Below are positions 26,644 through 39,644 of a stretch of 64,000 bases of DNA, one piece after another (the stretch's first letter is position 1; every line of letters begins with the position of its first letter). This DNA is from Octopus bimaculoides (Eukaryota), in NCBI RefSeq assembly GCF_001194135.2, contig NC_069005.1, positions 34,491,762-34,555,761 of the forward strand, given 5' to 3'. Made by a program: the position numbers and the translations under genes. Under the pieces are notes generated by a model. It ran no database searches, had not been told where the DNA came from, and saw nothing but the letters and a program-made list of their open reading frames with translations.

Positions 26644-26925
26644 NNNNNNNNNNNNNNNNNNNNNNNNNNNNNNNNNNNNNNNNNNNNNNNNNNNNNNNNN
26701 NNNNNNNNNNNNNNNNNNNNNNNNNNNNNNNNNNNNNNNNNNNNNNNNNNNNNNNNNNNNNNNNNNNNNNNNNNNNNNNNNNNNNNNNNNNNNNNNNNNN
26801 NNNNNNNNNNNNNNNNNNNNNNNNNNNNNNNNNNNNNNNNNNNNNNNNNNNNNNNNNNNNNNNNNNNNNNNNNNNNNNNNNNNNNNNNNNNNNNNNNNNN
26901 NNNNNNNNNNNNNNNNNNNNNNATA

Positions 26926-27127
26926 CTAGCAGCTAAGCCCGGTTTCACCCGGTCGGTTTGGATGATGTGGCTGTAAAACCTGCTCTGTGTAAGAATTCGA
27001 CTTGTTTGGGCACGCTTACGTTAAAAAACATTTTTAGAATGACTTTTTTGTGTCAAAACGCTAAGAATAAATGACCAACAAAAAAAAAACAACCAAGATT
27101 CAACCAAATCATTTATATATATATATA
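26926..27127 (-). mobile_element. Probable short non-autonomous Helitron-like element
   Basis: The minus strand ends ...CCGGGTGAAACCGGGCTTAGCTGCTAG followed by T: a GC-rich, partly decayed hairpin about 8 nt before a CTAG terminus, as in Helitron 3' ends. The putative 5' end is a TATATATAAA run near 27114-27127. Single copy in the window; the 5' boundary is uncertain. Confidence 0.45.
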
Positions 27128-28382
27128 CATAAATACACATACATATACATATAATATTTATATATATATATATACATACACACATACACACACATATATA
27201 TATACATATAATATTTATATAAATATATGTATATAGGTTTATATATAAATATACATGTGTGCGTGTGTGTGTGTATAAATGCATATGTATAGAAATATAT
27301 ATATGTGTGTGTGTCTGTTTGTCAGTGCGAGTGTGTATACACACACACGTATTTGTTTGTAGGTAGGGTTAATGATTCAGACGGTCATTACTCGGTTTCC
27401 TGGGGATGTAAGTAGACTCGTCGTGTGATCCATTAGGCACGTGACATTCTGCCGATGAAACTCGGAGGGAAGTCCGTACAAGTCATTAACTGTTTCCCTA
27501 CGAAAACAAACTCTAATGACTGGAGTGGTCTTTTCTATATTTTATAAAGCCATACACATCATGCATACTCACACGCAAACATGCATCATATTAAGTGTGT
27601 GCGTGTGCGTGTATGCGTGCGTGTGCGTGTATGCGTGCGTGTGCGTGTATGGGTGCGTGTGTATGTGTGTGTATTTGTGTGACTGTATGCGTATGTGTGT
27701 GTAGATATATATGTAATAGAACAAAATAACTTACAAATATGAGGAAAATATGCCGTTGTTTTTGTAAAGCATCTAATCAAAAAGTTCGATATTGAAAAAC
27801 AAAAATGAAGTTCCTGTTATAAGCTATAATATAATGAAGTGTAATAATGGCTAAAACGTTACGACATGGGGGATAATGGCTTCTGGAATGCTTTGCTTAA
27901 TAGTTCTGATCTATTCTGGCAAGGTTAATTTGGGGTCAAACATTCAAAGAGTGCGCCTCCACGTAGTTTTGTGGATAACCAGACGCATCAGCTTAACCAT
28001 GAGAAAATACCAGCCACATATTGTCTTTAAAATGAAGTCATTGGATTATGTAATCACAGTTGTCTTTCAATAGATGCTATGGCCATAGTTGGAAAGTCTT
28101 TTGCATCAGAGACCTGATACAAAATAAAGGGAAGTAACAGTTAGAGAAGGAATATATAGGTCAGAACTTGTACACCGCCATTTTGAAGCGAGCGGTGTAC
28201 GTCGAGTAATGGCCGTTCAGTTATTGCCTGTAAAAGTTGAGAGTTGGTATTGCAGCTAATAAACTACAACAGAGAAGCTGTCTGCAATGTGTATACAAGC
28301 GTATGTATGCAACTGTCTGTACACAAAATATATACATATATAAACGTTTATGTAGATATATGTGGTGTGTGTGTGTGTGTGC

Positions 28383-28439
<57 letters not shown>

Positions 28440-29235
28440 ATTGTGAATAAACAGTATCTAAAGTAAAACATGACACAAAATGCAAACAAGATTCATATAT
28501 TTTTTTTATTTTATAAATGGTGACAATTATGTTGCGCAGCATGGCTCTACTGACACGCGCCTACGTCCACATCCGCGCATGCGCACAAACATAAATACAG
28601 ACACATGAATACACACATACATACACACAAACACACATATATACGTGCACACATACATACATACATGCATACATACATACATACATGCATGCATGCATAC
28701 ACATACACATACACACGGATGTGGAGATGATTGTATGCATTTGCATGCGATTTTGTTTCTTTCTGTATACATACATATGTATGTATGTATGTATGTACGT
28801 ACGCGTACCTCATGCAGTGTTACGGCTTCACTAGAAAAGAGACGCCCAGTTGAATACATATTCATGTCATCTATCAAAGCCAAAAATTAATATTTTTTCA
28901 TAACCCCTCGTCGTCCATTTAATCATATAATGTTCAACAACAGAAGAACCTTGCCTTAGATGACAAACACTAACGGAACATACTAGGAAAAAAAAACATC
29001 ATTTTGTGCATCTTTATTTCACTACCATCCTCACACGAGATACAAAGCAATATGTCCGCCCTACATATTTACAGCATTCATTGGTTTCTCTGGTTTATCC
29101 ACCATTTATTGTCATAGCTAGTATTTAATGTTTCATATAAGTCTGTGTGTGTGAATGCGTGTGTGTGTATATAAATGTGCGTGTGAGTGTCTATACATGC
29201 ATATATATCATGTTTATATATGCATATATATATAT

Positions 29236-29281
<46 letters not shown>

Positions 29282-29356
29282 TATGCATGTATATGTGTGT
29301 CTGTATGTATATGTGTGTTTGTATGTATGTGTTTGTATGTATGTGTGTGTGTAAAA

Positions 29357-29388
<32 letters not shown>

Positions 29389-30975
29389 TATGTGCCATGG
29401 CCGCCAAAAGTAAGTGTATTTAACCGTCTCTAAGGCTTTCGGTTCCCTTTCACTTGAAGAAGAACCAGAAACCCCTTCGACCAACAAGAAATAACATCTC
29501 CCTCAAATTCCACCCTATTGCTTTATGTAAACTATCCATTGAGCATTATACTACCTAATGTATTTATAGCAGTGATGGTCACGACCGGAAACGCTTTGAA
29601 CGTAGGTATACTGAACAATAACAATTTTGTTCCGAAGCTAAAAAATGGTTTAACCCCGAAACAAGTAAACCGGTGAATAACGAGGAGAGCTAATCATCAA
29701 AGAACCTGAAAATAGCGAAACAATTGATTTAACAATGTATAAAACACGTGACTACAACATATGAGCAAGTCACGAAAATATGACCATGAGCCAATGAGAG
29801 TGCCTGTGTGTGGTTGATCCACTTGCTAAAAATAGCAACCAGATTTTCACCGTGTAAAATCCTAATGTTTTAAGAAAAGAACAAATTGAATGGATCATAT
29901 AAATGGATTGTTGTTTGATGATAGGTGCAATCAATCGATATCGAGTTGGGGCTAATGACAACCACCGAACCAGTGCAGCACCCAGTCACACCAATATAGC
30001 TCTACACCCCACAACCCAACCGCCACGCCATCAGCACACCCCAATCTATCGCATCACCATGTCACCCACAACCCACCGTCACACCCACCAATCACCACAT
30101 CACTAATCAACCACATCACGAATCCATCTTTCAACCACCGCCCCAACACGCCACCATCTCAACGTACCACTATACCATTTAACAACCAAAACAGGTAAAC
30201 AGTCAATACTGTAATCATCGATGACGTCATTGATTAGCTCATTATCTAAAGTTGTTGTAACATTGGTTCATTAGCTGAAGCTGTGAGGAAATTGGCTTCA
30301 GTGCTTGTCACGTCCTCCAACTGATTGGCGAAGAAATGCGGAGGATTCTCTTCCAGCTTCAACAATATGTTTGATGAGGGTCGACAATACACGCGCACAC
30401 GCACACACCGACTTGTGCGTGTGAGCGTATCTATGTGGGTGTGTGGGTGTATAAAATACGTAAATGTATATACATTTATATCCATATGAATTTGTGTATA
30501 TATATATATATTTATATATACACACGCACACATACATTAATACATACACACACATACATACGTACATACATTCACACATACATACATACATACATACATA
30601 CATACATACATAAATACATACATACATACATACATATATACATATCTATTTACATACACATATCAATATATATATATGCATATATATCTATATACATACA
30701 CATATATACAATTTATACACAATTCTCAACAAAATTATATTATAGATCTTCCGTCGACTTCGACGAAGATTATTCAGCTGTTCGATCAAGTGAAATACCG
30801 AATCATGACATTTACGTGTACGTAGCTGAGTATTCCGTATAAAGGTACCCTAGTTGTACTTTTCAAGTAGAATCACTGCAACACAATGAGTGGCATGGCT
30901 GAATTCTCGATAATTCCAAATATAAACTCACCTGATTAGCTTCCATATAGCCGCTGTTTAATCATTTTCACTCAC

Positions 30976-31024
30976 ATGCCATGAATCGGCCCAGGACGAG
31001 GTTCAAGTAATTTGTCCATTGATG
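30976..31024 (-). other. Candidate 49-nt exon (alternative donor would give 93 nt, 30932-31024)
   Basis: Minus strand TTTCAATCTTACTCTACAG|CATCAATGG...CATGGCAT|GTGAGT, with a second CAG|GTGAGT 44 nt further on. Two open frames (HQWTNYLNLVLGRFMA; SMDKLLEPRPGPIHG), neither recognised. Confidence 0.3.
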
Positions 31025-32389
31025 CTGTAGAGTAAGATTGAAACCATCGACTTCACACCTTCTTGTGGCATCTGTATACCTATTCATTATTATACTTGTT
31101 CGCATTGACGGCATATAGGCTCTGCAGTCAGTAATACCGAGTCATCAGCCTTGTACCGTACATAATATAAGTTTTAATGTATTTGTTGGAATTTCGCTGT
31201 CTGTATAATGTAAGCGATAAGGTTTGATCTTATTGTCGGGGGATGATCGAGGTCTTTAACCGTACAAATAACCTCGGCGGTGGACGAAGATCAAACTTAT
31301 CAAATAGCTAGATATTAAAAGTAGTTGCATTCTAACAGAACGCAGCCAAAGTAAGAAGTGTACCAAAAGACATTAAACAGAAGAGTGGAATAAAATCTGG
31401 TACAAACATCTATATAGAAGGAACATGACTAATAAGCACACATTTGCAATTAAGTACCGTGAAAGTTCTTTAATAAGAACACTGTAAATGGAGCCATGAT
31501 CGTTTGGATAACATAAGCTTCCAGATATTGCACTATAACCAGCACTGTTGAAATATCATACGAACCTATCAGTATGAATTCAACTTATGATTGTACGAAA
31601 TGGTCCACTTAATAGAAAATTTCTATTGAAGGTGTTGGTGTTTAGAGCTATAGAAAATATACTATACTGCAATCATATCTATATATATACTGGGGTCACA
31701 ATCTAATAGGAAGTAACGGAAAGCAGATATACACAACATTTTGAATCATTCAAATTCAGGGACATCATTAACATTACATCATTGTCAAAATATATATGAA
31801 AGTTTAACGACAGAAATGATGTGACTACAAAAAGGAATCTTGTTGAGAAAGTTTATAATGGTAATAAAAGAAGTAATTTATGTATAGCATAAAAGTCCAG
31901 TACAAAAATACTGCATCGGATATTTTAAATAGTCAGTAGGCAATGCGTTGCATGCTTCACACAGGAAAAAAGATTGTTTTTTTTTTCCCTTTTCAAACGA
32001 CTTTGTGGAAGCTTTTCCATGCAAGCAGGTTTGAAAATATTCCACAATACTCGATGAAAAAAAACAACAACTATAGCCTGAAAAAATGACAGATATAGAG
32101 AACACAAAAATAATTTATACATAATACACACACACACAAACACACACACGAATTACTTACATAACATGCATTGCCTTCAATGCAGATCTACACCCTGAAG
32201 TGCAGATGTCCTTGTTGTTTTCGCTTATGGATACACTTGCATGTGTACGGAGTGTGTGCAGACAAGAACTTAACAAAGGCTGTAGGCAGAGATGATTATT
32301 ATTTGTGGTATGTCTATTTTTTTCGTCCTCTCTCTTTCTCTCTCTCACTCTCTCTCTTCCTCTCTCTCCGTCTCTTTTTCTCTATATAT

Positions 32390-32510
32390 AAAGAATTCTC
32401 TGTCGTGCCTATGTACGTCATGTATATATATATATATATATATATATACATACATACATACATACATACATACATACATACATACATACAGGCACGACAG
32501 AGAATTCTTT
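32390..32510. repeat. 21-bp perfect inverted repeat enclosing a (TA)n(CATA)n microsatellite
   Basis: AAAGAATTCTCTGTCGTGCCT (32390-32410) is the exact reverse complement of AGGCACGACAGAGAATTCTTT (32490-32510). Confidence 0.95.
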
Positions 32511-34638
32511 CAAAATGAGACCAAAACATTTTAAATCAGGTTTCATCACACTTGTCCGATGAACGGGAACGTGAATCTCTGAGTAACAATTCAGTGATAA
32601 TTTTGCTGCTTTAATAAAATATATATATATATATTGTTGAAATTTACAGAAAGACAAAAGACGAAGACGGATGTGTAATCAACAAGCAAGTCTATTAGTT
32701 TGACTCTCAGGAAGATGAGAAAAATCTTTTATGTTTCGAGCCTACGTTCTTCAACAGAAAGGAACGCTAGGGAATAAACAGAGGAAGAATAAAAAGAAAT
32801 TTGTGGATTTAGCGGTCAATCATATATATGGATATGGATATATGCCCTAGCGAGCTTTTTACATTTAATTTCAAATGTGCACATGTGTATTACTCTACCC
32901 TCATCGTACCTTATAATCCCAGGTTGACGAAGGTCTTGCGAGTAGAAATTGTACAGAAGCCCGTCGCCTGAACACCTGTTGTGACATCAGGATCTACACA
33001 CTTCATATTCAGAGCCACAGAGATTCTGAATAATCACAAAAGCACAGGCACAGGTCTCATGTGTCTGGAACACTCAGTCACATATTGCACAATTTGTAGT
33101 CAATGTCGGCAATCAAGCATTGGGATTACTCAAAATGGACAGAACAGTCACTTCTTACTCTCAGTTGTATACGAGGCGAGGACCTCATACCAGCAATTAA
33201 TATATGGTGGGTGTATGCTTGTGTGGGTATATATGTACTATACATACATAAATGCACACACAAATCGCTCTGTACTATATGACTCGATCAACTCAATATT
33301 CAACCAACTCAGGTGGGACTTGAACCCAGACACAAAAGATACTTAACTGAATCACTCTTATAAAGCATTTAGTCCATCACTTTATCAATTCTGACAGTCC
33401 AGTGAGTTTTTATTGAAGAATAATGCCATTAATTGATTGGCAATATCTTCTAATAGATTTCATGTCGTGCATATACGTATACTGTAACACTATATCTATA
33501 TAACCACACACACGCACACACACATATAAATATGTGTATGTATANNNNNNNNNNNNNNNNNNNNNNNNNNNNNNNNNNNNNNNNNNNNNNNNNNNNNNNN
33601 NNNNNNNNNNNNNNNNNNNNNNNNNNNNNNNNNNNNNNNNNNNNNNNNNNNNNNNNNNNNNNNNNNNNNNNNNNNNNNNNNNNNNNNNNNNNNNNNNNNN
33701 NNNNNNNNNNNNNNNNNNNNNNNNNNNNNNNNNNNNNNNNNNNNNNNNNNNNNNNNNNNNNNNNNNNNNNNNNNNNNNNNNNNNNNNNNNNNNNNNNNNN
33801 NNNNNNNNNNNNNNNNNNNNNNNNNNNNNNNNNNNNNNNNNNNNNNNNNNNNNNNNNNNNNNNNNNNNNNNNNNNNNNNAGAGAGAGAGATTTATATACT
33901 GGTTAATGAATACGTACCGATACGGATATGAAACATAACCCATGTATATTTATAAAAGATATATATATACATATGCCTTTATACAGAAATAGTAGATAAA
34001 GAAATAAGCATATACATAGATACATGCCTATATGTGTTACAGAACTCTGTAATGGCGTTCGTATGCTTTATTCAATCACCATCTACATTTAAAACGAATT
34101 TTCATCGAAGCCAATATCGAAATCAAAATATAATAACCTTTAGTTAGGATCTTCAACTGAGGCACGGAATAATTGCACGTAGATTTGAACATTGGCGTGA
34201 AACTAGTGTCTCCTCGCTGCTACAGGCTTGGCATTTTCGTCTATAATCACCTACATACATCATCCTTTTCTTTCCTCCCCGTTTGAAATTATACATACAT
34301 ACATACATACATGCATACATACGTATCAATATTTTTACAGACCAAAAATTCAAAAGCGATATATATGTATATATAAATATGGATATATAATATAAATATA
34401 TATATATGATATTGTATTATATATGTTTATATATTCATATGTAATATGTGTATAATATATGCGTACGTATTTATAGTTATAGACACACATATACACTTTT
34501 ATATATTCATACACATACATGCATATTGTAATATAATTATATACATATGAATAAATTGATACATAAGAACCTTATATGCACAGAATATGCAGATATGGGT
34601 GAACATGTGCATATCTATATGTGTATATACATATATAC

Positions 34639-34723
<85 letters not shown>

Positions 34724-35375
34724 CACATATTAATATATATATACGTGCACATACGTTCTTACATATACATGCATACATACAAGCATGCATGCATACATAG
34801 ATGCGTACTTACACATACACATACATATACACACGCTTGCCAATTCCCAAAACGATATAACGTATTTACCATTTCTTCCAACCGAATTCTTCATTGAGAG
34901 AAATCAATGAAAGATATTTCTATACTTACATTAAATTGATGTTTTAATGTGACTGGGATATCAAGGCAGAAATATGCATGCAAATGTAGCTTTGCGTTTA
35001 CACTGAATGTGAGTATCTGGCGATGAATGCGCATGAGTATATAGACACGTGTAAATACGCATAGCTGTGTGTGCGTGTATTCATGTATGTATGTATGGGT
35101 GTGTGTACTGGTATAGACATACACATATGCACATACACACTCACGCACACACACAATCACACATACTCACAATCACACACATGGATATAAAAACATGAGT
35201 CTATGCACACACGCTTAGGTATAGAGATAGAATTTCTTTTTCTACATGACTGTTCATCTATATCTAAACGTATTTCTTACTGACATATTTATTTCTCTCG
35301 ATTTATATTTACATTATGAGTGTGTGTGTGCGTGTGTGTGTATGCACACATACATATATATATATAATATATATA

Positions 35376-35451
<76 letters not shown>

Positions 35452-35604
35452 TATATACACACATATATATACATACACATACACGCACACACATATACAT
35501 ATATAGAAATTATATATACATTTATATACTTACAAATTACAAACGCATGTTTATATATGCACACACATACATACATACACACATACATGCATACATACAT
35601 ACAC

Positions 35605-35637
<33 letters not shown>

Positions 35638-38600
35638 CATACATACATTAAATATGAGCATGCACACTAAAAGTGGTTCCCTTTTACAACGTGTAACGGA
35701 AGGAAGACTCCATAGAGGATCGTCTTCCACCTCATCTCCCTCCTCCTTCGTATCTATCTTACCTCTTCTTTCTTCTTCTCCCTCTATCCCCCTCTCTTCT
35801 CCCTCTATCCCTCCTCTTCCTTCTCCCTCCTACCCTCTGATATTAATATCAGCAGAAATACGAAAAGAACAAAATCCTGCGTAGATAGTCATCGATGGAG
35901 ACTATCGATCTCTCTGCACACATATCAAAGATTGAACACTCAGAGAACAATAAACGAATAAAACTGATTAAATTGGAAATGAAATTAAAACAATAAAATT
36001 ATAAATCAAAGAAATCAGATTATCGATTTGTATTTATAGAGATTTTGGCTTTATTGGGCTTTTTGCAATTTTAAGTTTTGAATTTTTGTAATTTTTACGT
36101 CAAAATTTGAGAAATCTAAACTTATGAGGACGTCTTTTTGTGTCTTCTGTGGATGTGTGTGTGTCGTGAATGTGTGCGTGACAGATACGTGTGTATTTGT
36201 GTGTGTGTGTGTACGTGTGTATGTGTCTGCTTCTGTGTGCATGTGTGTATCTATGTCTGTGTGTGTTTGCGAGCGCACGCACGTTCTGTGTATGTGTTCT
36301 GTCGTGTTTGTGCCTTGAGCAATGCGTTTGTCAGTTTTGCGTGAGTGTGTAGGTTGTGTGTTATTTTGTAAACGTGTGTTGTTTGCGTGTATGTTTGTAT
36401 AGTGCGCTGTTTCTGCATGTGTGTGTGCATGTGTCGTATATGTGTGTGTGTGTGATACACTAAATACCTCGAGTCATATATGTGTGTCTATGCGTGTGTG
36501 TGTGTGTGTGTGGGTGTGTGTGTGTTCTTTGCGTTGTCTAATGACTACGTTCCACGCATGTGTTCTGTGTTGTCTTTACTTTATCGAGAACACCTAAACG
36601 TTGTGGCTCCTGTTGTTATTGTTGTTGCGATGTTGTCTGTAATGGAGATCTTTTTTTTGTTGAATTTCTTTTTCTTCCTTTTCTTGTAAATTTCTTTTGT
36701 TTTTTTTCTTTATGTCTTCAGTAGAGTTGCTTGTTATCGATTCCCCCTTCAAACAATTGTATTAGTTATTGATCCTCTTACAATTACTCTATCGGTTGCT
36801 ATTTTGTCATTGAATTGGTTATAAAATATGTCTTATTGTTGTTTTCGTTTATAGAATTTAATATTTTGCTTGGGTTTGTGTCAAAGTTACGTTTTATTGC
36901 TTTGGTGTGTTGTTAAGTTACGTTCGGTTGTTGGATTGAAGTTATGGCGCATTTTGGTGAGGTTATAAAGTTACGTTTATAATGCCAAAGTCACGTCTGG
37001 TATCATTGTTTTTTGGTTAAAACTTACGTTTGTTTATTATTGCTGCATCTAAACATGTTTTGCGTTGTTGAGTTTGTTGCAGTTTGATTGTTTTCCTTGA
37101 GAACTAATATTAATTTTTGTGGTGACTACAAATTTATATTTTATTGCTGTCCTCTTGGCAAATATACGTTTATTTCTATGTTGAGGATGTCATTAGATTT
37201 AGCTGTTGCATCACTTATAAAACTCACGTTTTATATTAGTTTCCAAGTCACGTTTTCATTATAAATTTACGTTTTATTGTTGCGTCAGTTACAAACTAAC
37301 GGCTAACGGTGGTGTTCAATTGTAAACGTATTTTTTTTTTCGGTGGTAAACATGAGTTTATTCCTTTTGATTTTATTTTTATTTATTCATTTATTTTTCA
37401 ACGTTTCTTTTAATGTGTTGATTCCAAAATTGCGATTTTTATGTTTGTTCAGAAAGTCACATTTGTTCTTTCATTTCAATATCACATTCGGTTGTTGTTT
37501 TGACTGTTGTGGCGGATCTACATGTTGTGAGCAATGGCTACTTGAAACTTACGCTGTCTGAGGATGTTGTTGTTTTTGTTGTTACACGGATGTATTTGTG
37601 AATCGTTTTTGGTGGTGGCGGTGGTGATGTGGTGGTGGCTGTGATGGTAGTGACGGTGGTAGTAGAGGTCGTGTTGTTGCCGGTGGCTGCGGTGGTGGTG
37701 GGGGTCGTCGTGGTGATTTGACCTCTGCTATTGTTGCTTATTGATATTGATGTTGATGATAATGATGGTTACATCCAGACAAAGTCGCAACCACGGCAGC
37801 CAACAACAGCAACAACAACAACAACCAACTAACCGACCACAACCGCCACCAGCAGCGGCAGAACATCAAACACCCCACCTCCACAATCATGACCACCAAC
37901 AACAACAAGAAAAGCAACAACAATCAATCGATCAATCAATAAAATCTAAAATATATTTCACTAAAACTTTAACAAAGTAATTATGTTTTAAATATAACAA
38001 TGGCGGACTCCTTTGGGGGAAGAAATTGAATTTGGTTGAAATCAAGGAAAATCTTACAGCACCACACGGACATCATTGCATCTCTACACCACTGCACCGC
38101 TTCGAATCATAAACATACATCTCCATACCGACACTACACCAATCTACGATAAATACAACACCACCACGCCAACACATCAGACGAAACCATAAGTTATACA
38201 GCACCAAACCGCCACGCCAGTTATACATCGTTATACCTCACTACTCTGACAGACCAACTCCACCACTACAAAACATCAACCCGCCATACTAAACCTCAGC
38301 CATACACCGCCATTACCACCACACTGACACCCCACCACACCAGCCCCGCCCCAACCGCCAACACATAACAGCGACGTCCCTGAGGAGGACAGATGTGTTT
38401 CTTTCTAATGAAAACTGGAAGACTAAAATGGTAAGCTAGGAATAGAAATGGAGACTTATTGAAAGGTATTTCATGGCATAAATGGGATTTGGAATTTAAT
38501 ATAACAATTAAGGTGGTGGTGGTGGTGGTGGCAACGGCGGCGGTGGCGGAGNNNNNNNNNNNNNNNNNNNNNNNNNNNNNNNNNNNNNNNNNNNNNNNNN

Positions 38601-39644
38601 NNNNNNNNNNNNNNNNNNNNNNNNNNNNNNNNNNNNNNNNNNNNNNNNNNNNNNNNNNNNNNNNNNNNNNNNNNNNNNNNNNNNNNNNNNNNNNNNNNNN
38701 NNNNNNNNNNNNNNNNNNNNNNNNNNNNNNNNNNNNNNNNNNNNNNNNNNNNNNNNNNNNNNNNNNNNNNNNNNNNNNNNNNNNNNNNNNNNNNNNNNNN
38801 NNNNNNNNNNNNNNNNNNNNNNNNNNNNNNNNNNNNNNNNNNNNNNNNNNNNNNNNNNNNNNNNNNNNNNNNNNNNNNNNNNNNNNNNNNNNNNNNNNNN
38901 NNNNNNNNNNNNNNNNNNNNNNNNNNNNNNNNNNNNNNNNNNNNNNNNNNNNNNNNNNNNNNNNNNNNNNNNNNNNNNNNNNNNNNNNNNNNNNNNNNNN
39001 NNNNNNNNNNNNNNNNNNNNNNNNNNNNNNNNNNNNNNNNNNNNNNNNNNNNNNNNNNNNNNNNNNNNNNNNNNNNNNNNNNNNNNNNNNNNNNNNNNNN
39101 NNNNNNNNNNNNNNNNNNNNNNNNNNNNNNNNNNNNNNNNNNNNNNNNNNNNNNNNNNNNNNNNNNNNNNNNNNNNNNNNNNNNNNNNNNNNNNNNNNNN
39201 NNNNNNNNNNNNNNNNNNNNNNNNNNNNNNNNNNNNNNNNNNNNNNNNNNNNNNNNNNNNNNNNNNNNNNNNNNNNNNNNNNNNNNNNNNNNNNNNNNNN
39301 NNNNNNNNNNNNNNNNNNNNNNNNNNNNNNNNNNAGGCGAGAGATCAACAAAGAAGGTGGGTTAGTTTGACGCTCAGGAAAAATGGAAGAAGTCTTTGAT
39401 GTTTCGTGCCCATGCTCTTCTATAGACCGAAAAGAGGAGAGAAAATCGATGAAACGAAAAATAACGGAGAGAGAAAAACTGTACCTGGATTAACGACGGC
39501 ACATATTGAATTGACCGGAAGGAAGGAAGTGGTTGAAGACAAGGGTGGCATGAGAGACAACAGTGACCTGGCTAAAGTGTGTATGCACAAGTATGCGTGT
39601 GTATTTGAAGATATATATATCTTCAAATATATATATCGCTCCGT

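Noticed and set aside
29391-29415. GCCATGGCCGCCAAAA|GTAAGT, a Kozak ATG followed by a consensus donor
   Set aside because: Only four codons, directly abutting a (GT)n tract, with no promoter or partner exon evidence.
38026-38045. GGGGGAAGAAATTG shared with about 56535-56548
   Set aside because: A 14-nt purine-rich match with no extended homology; chance or an unrecognisable repeat remnant.
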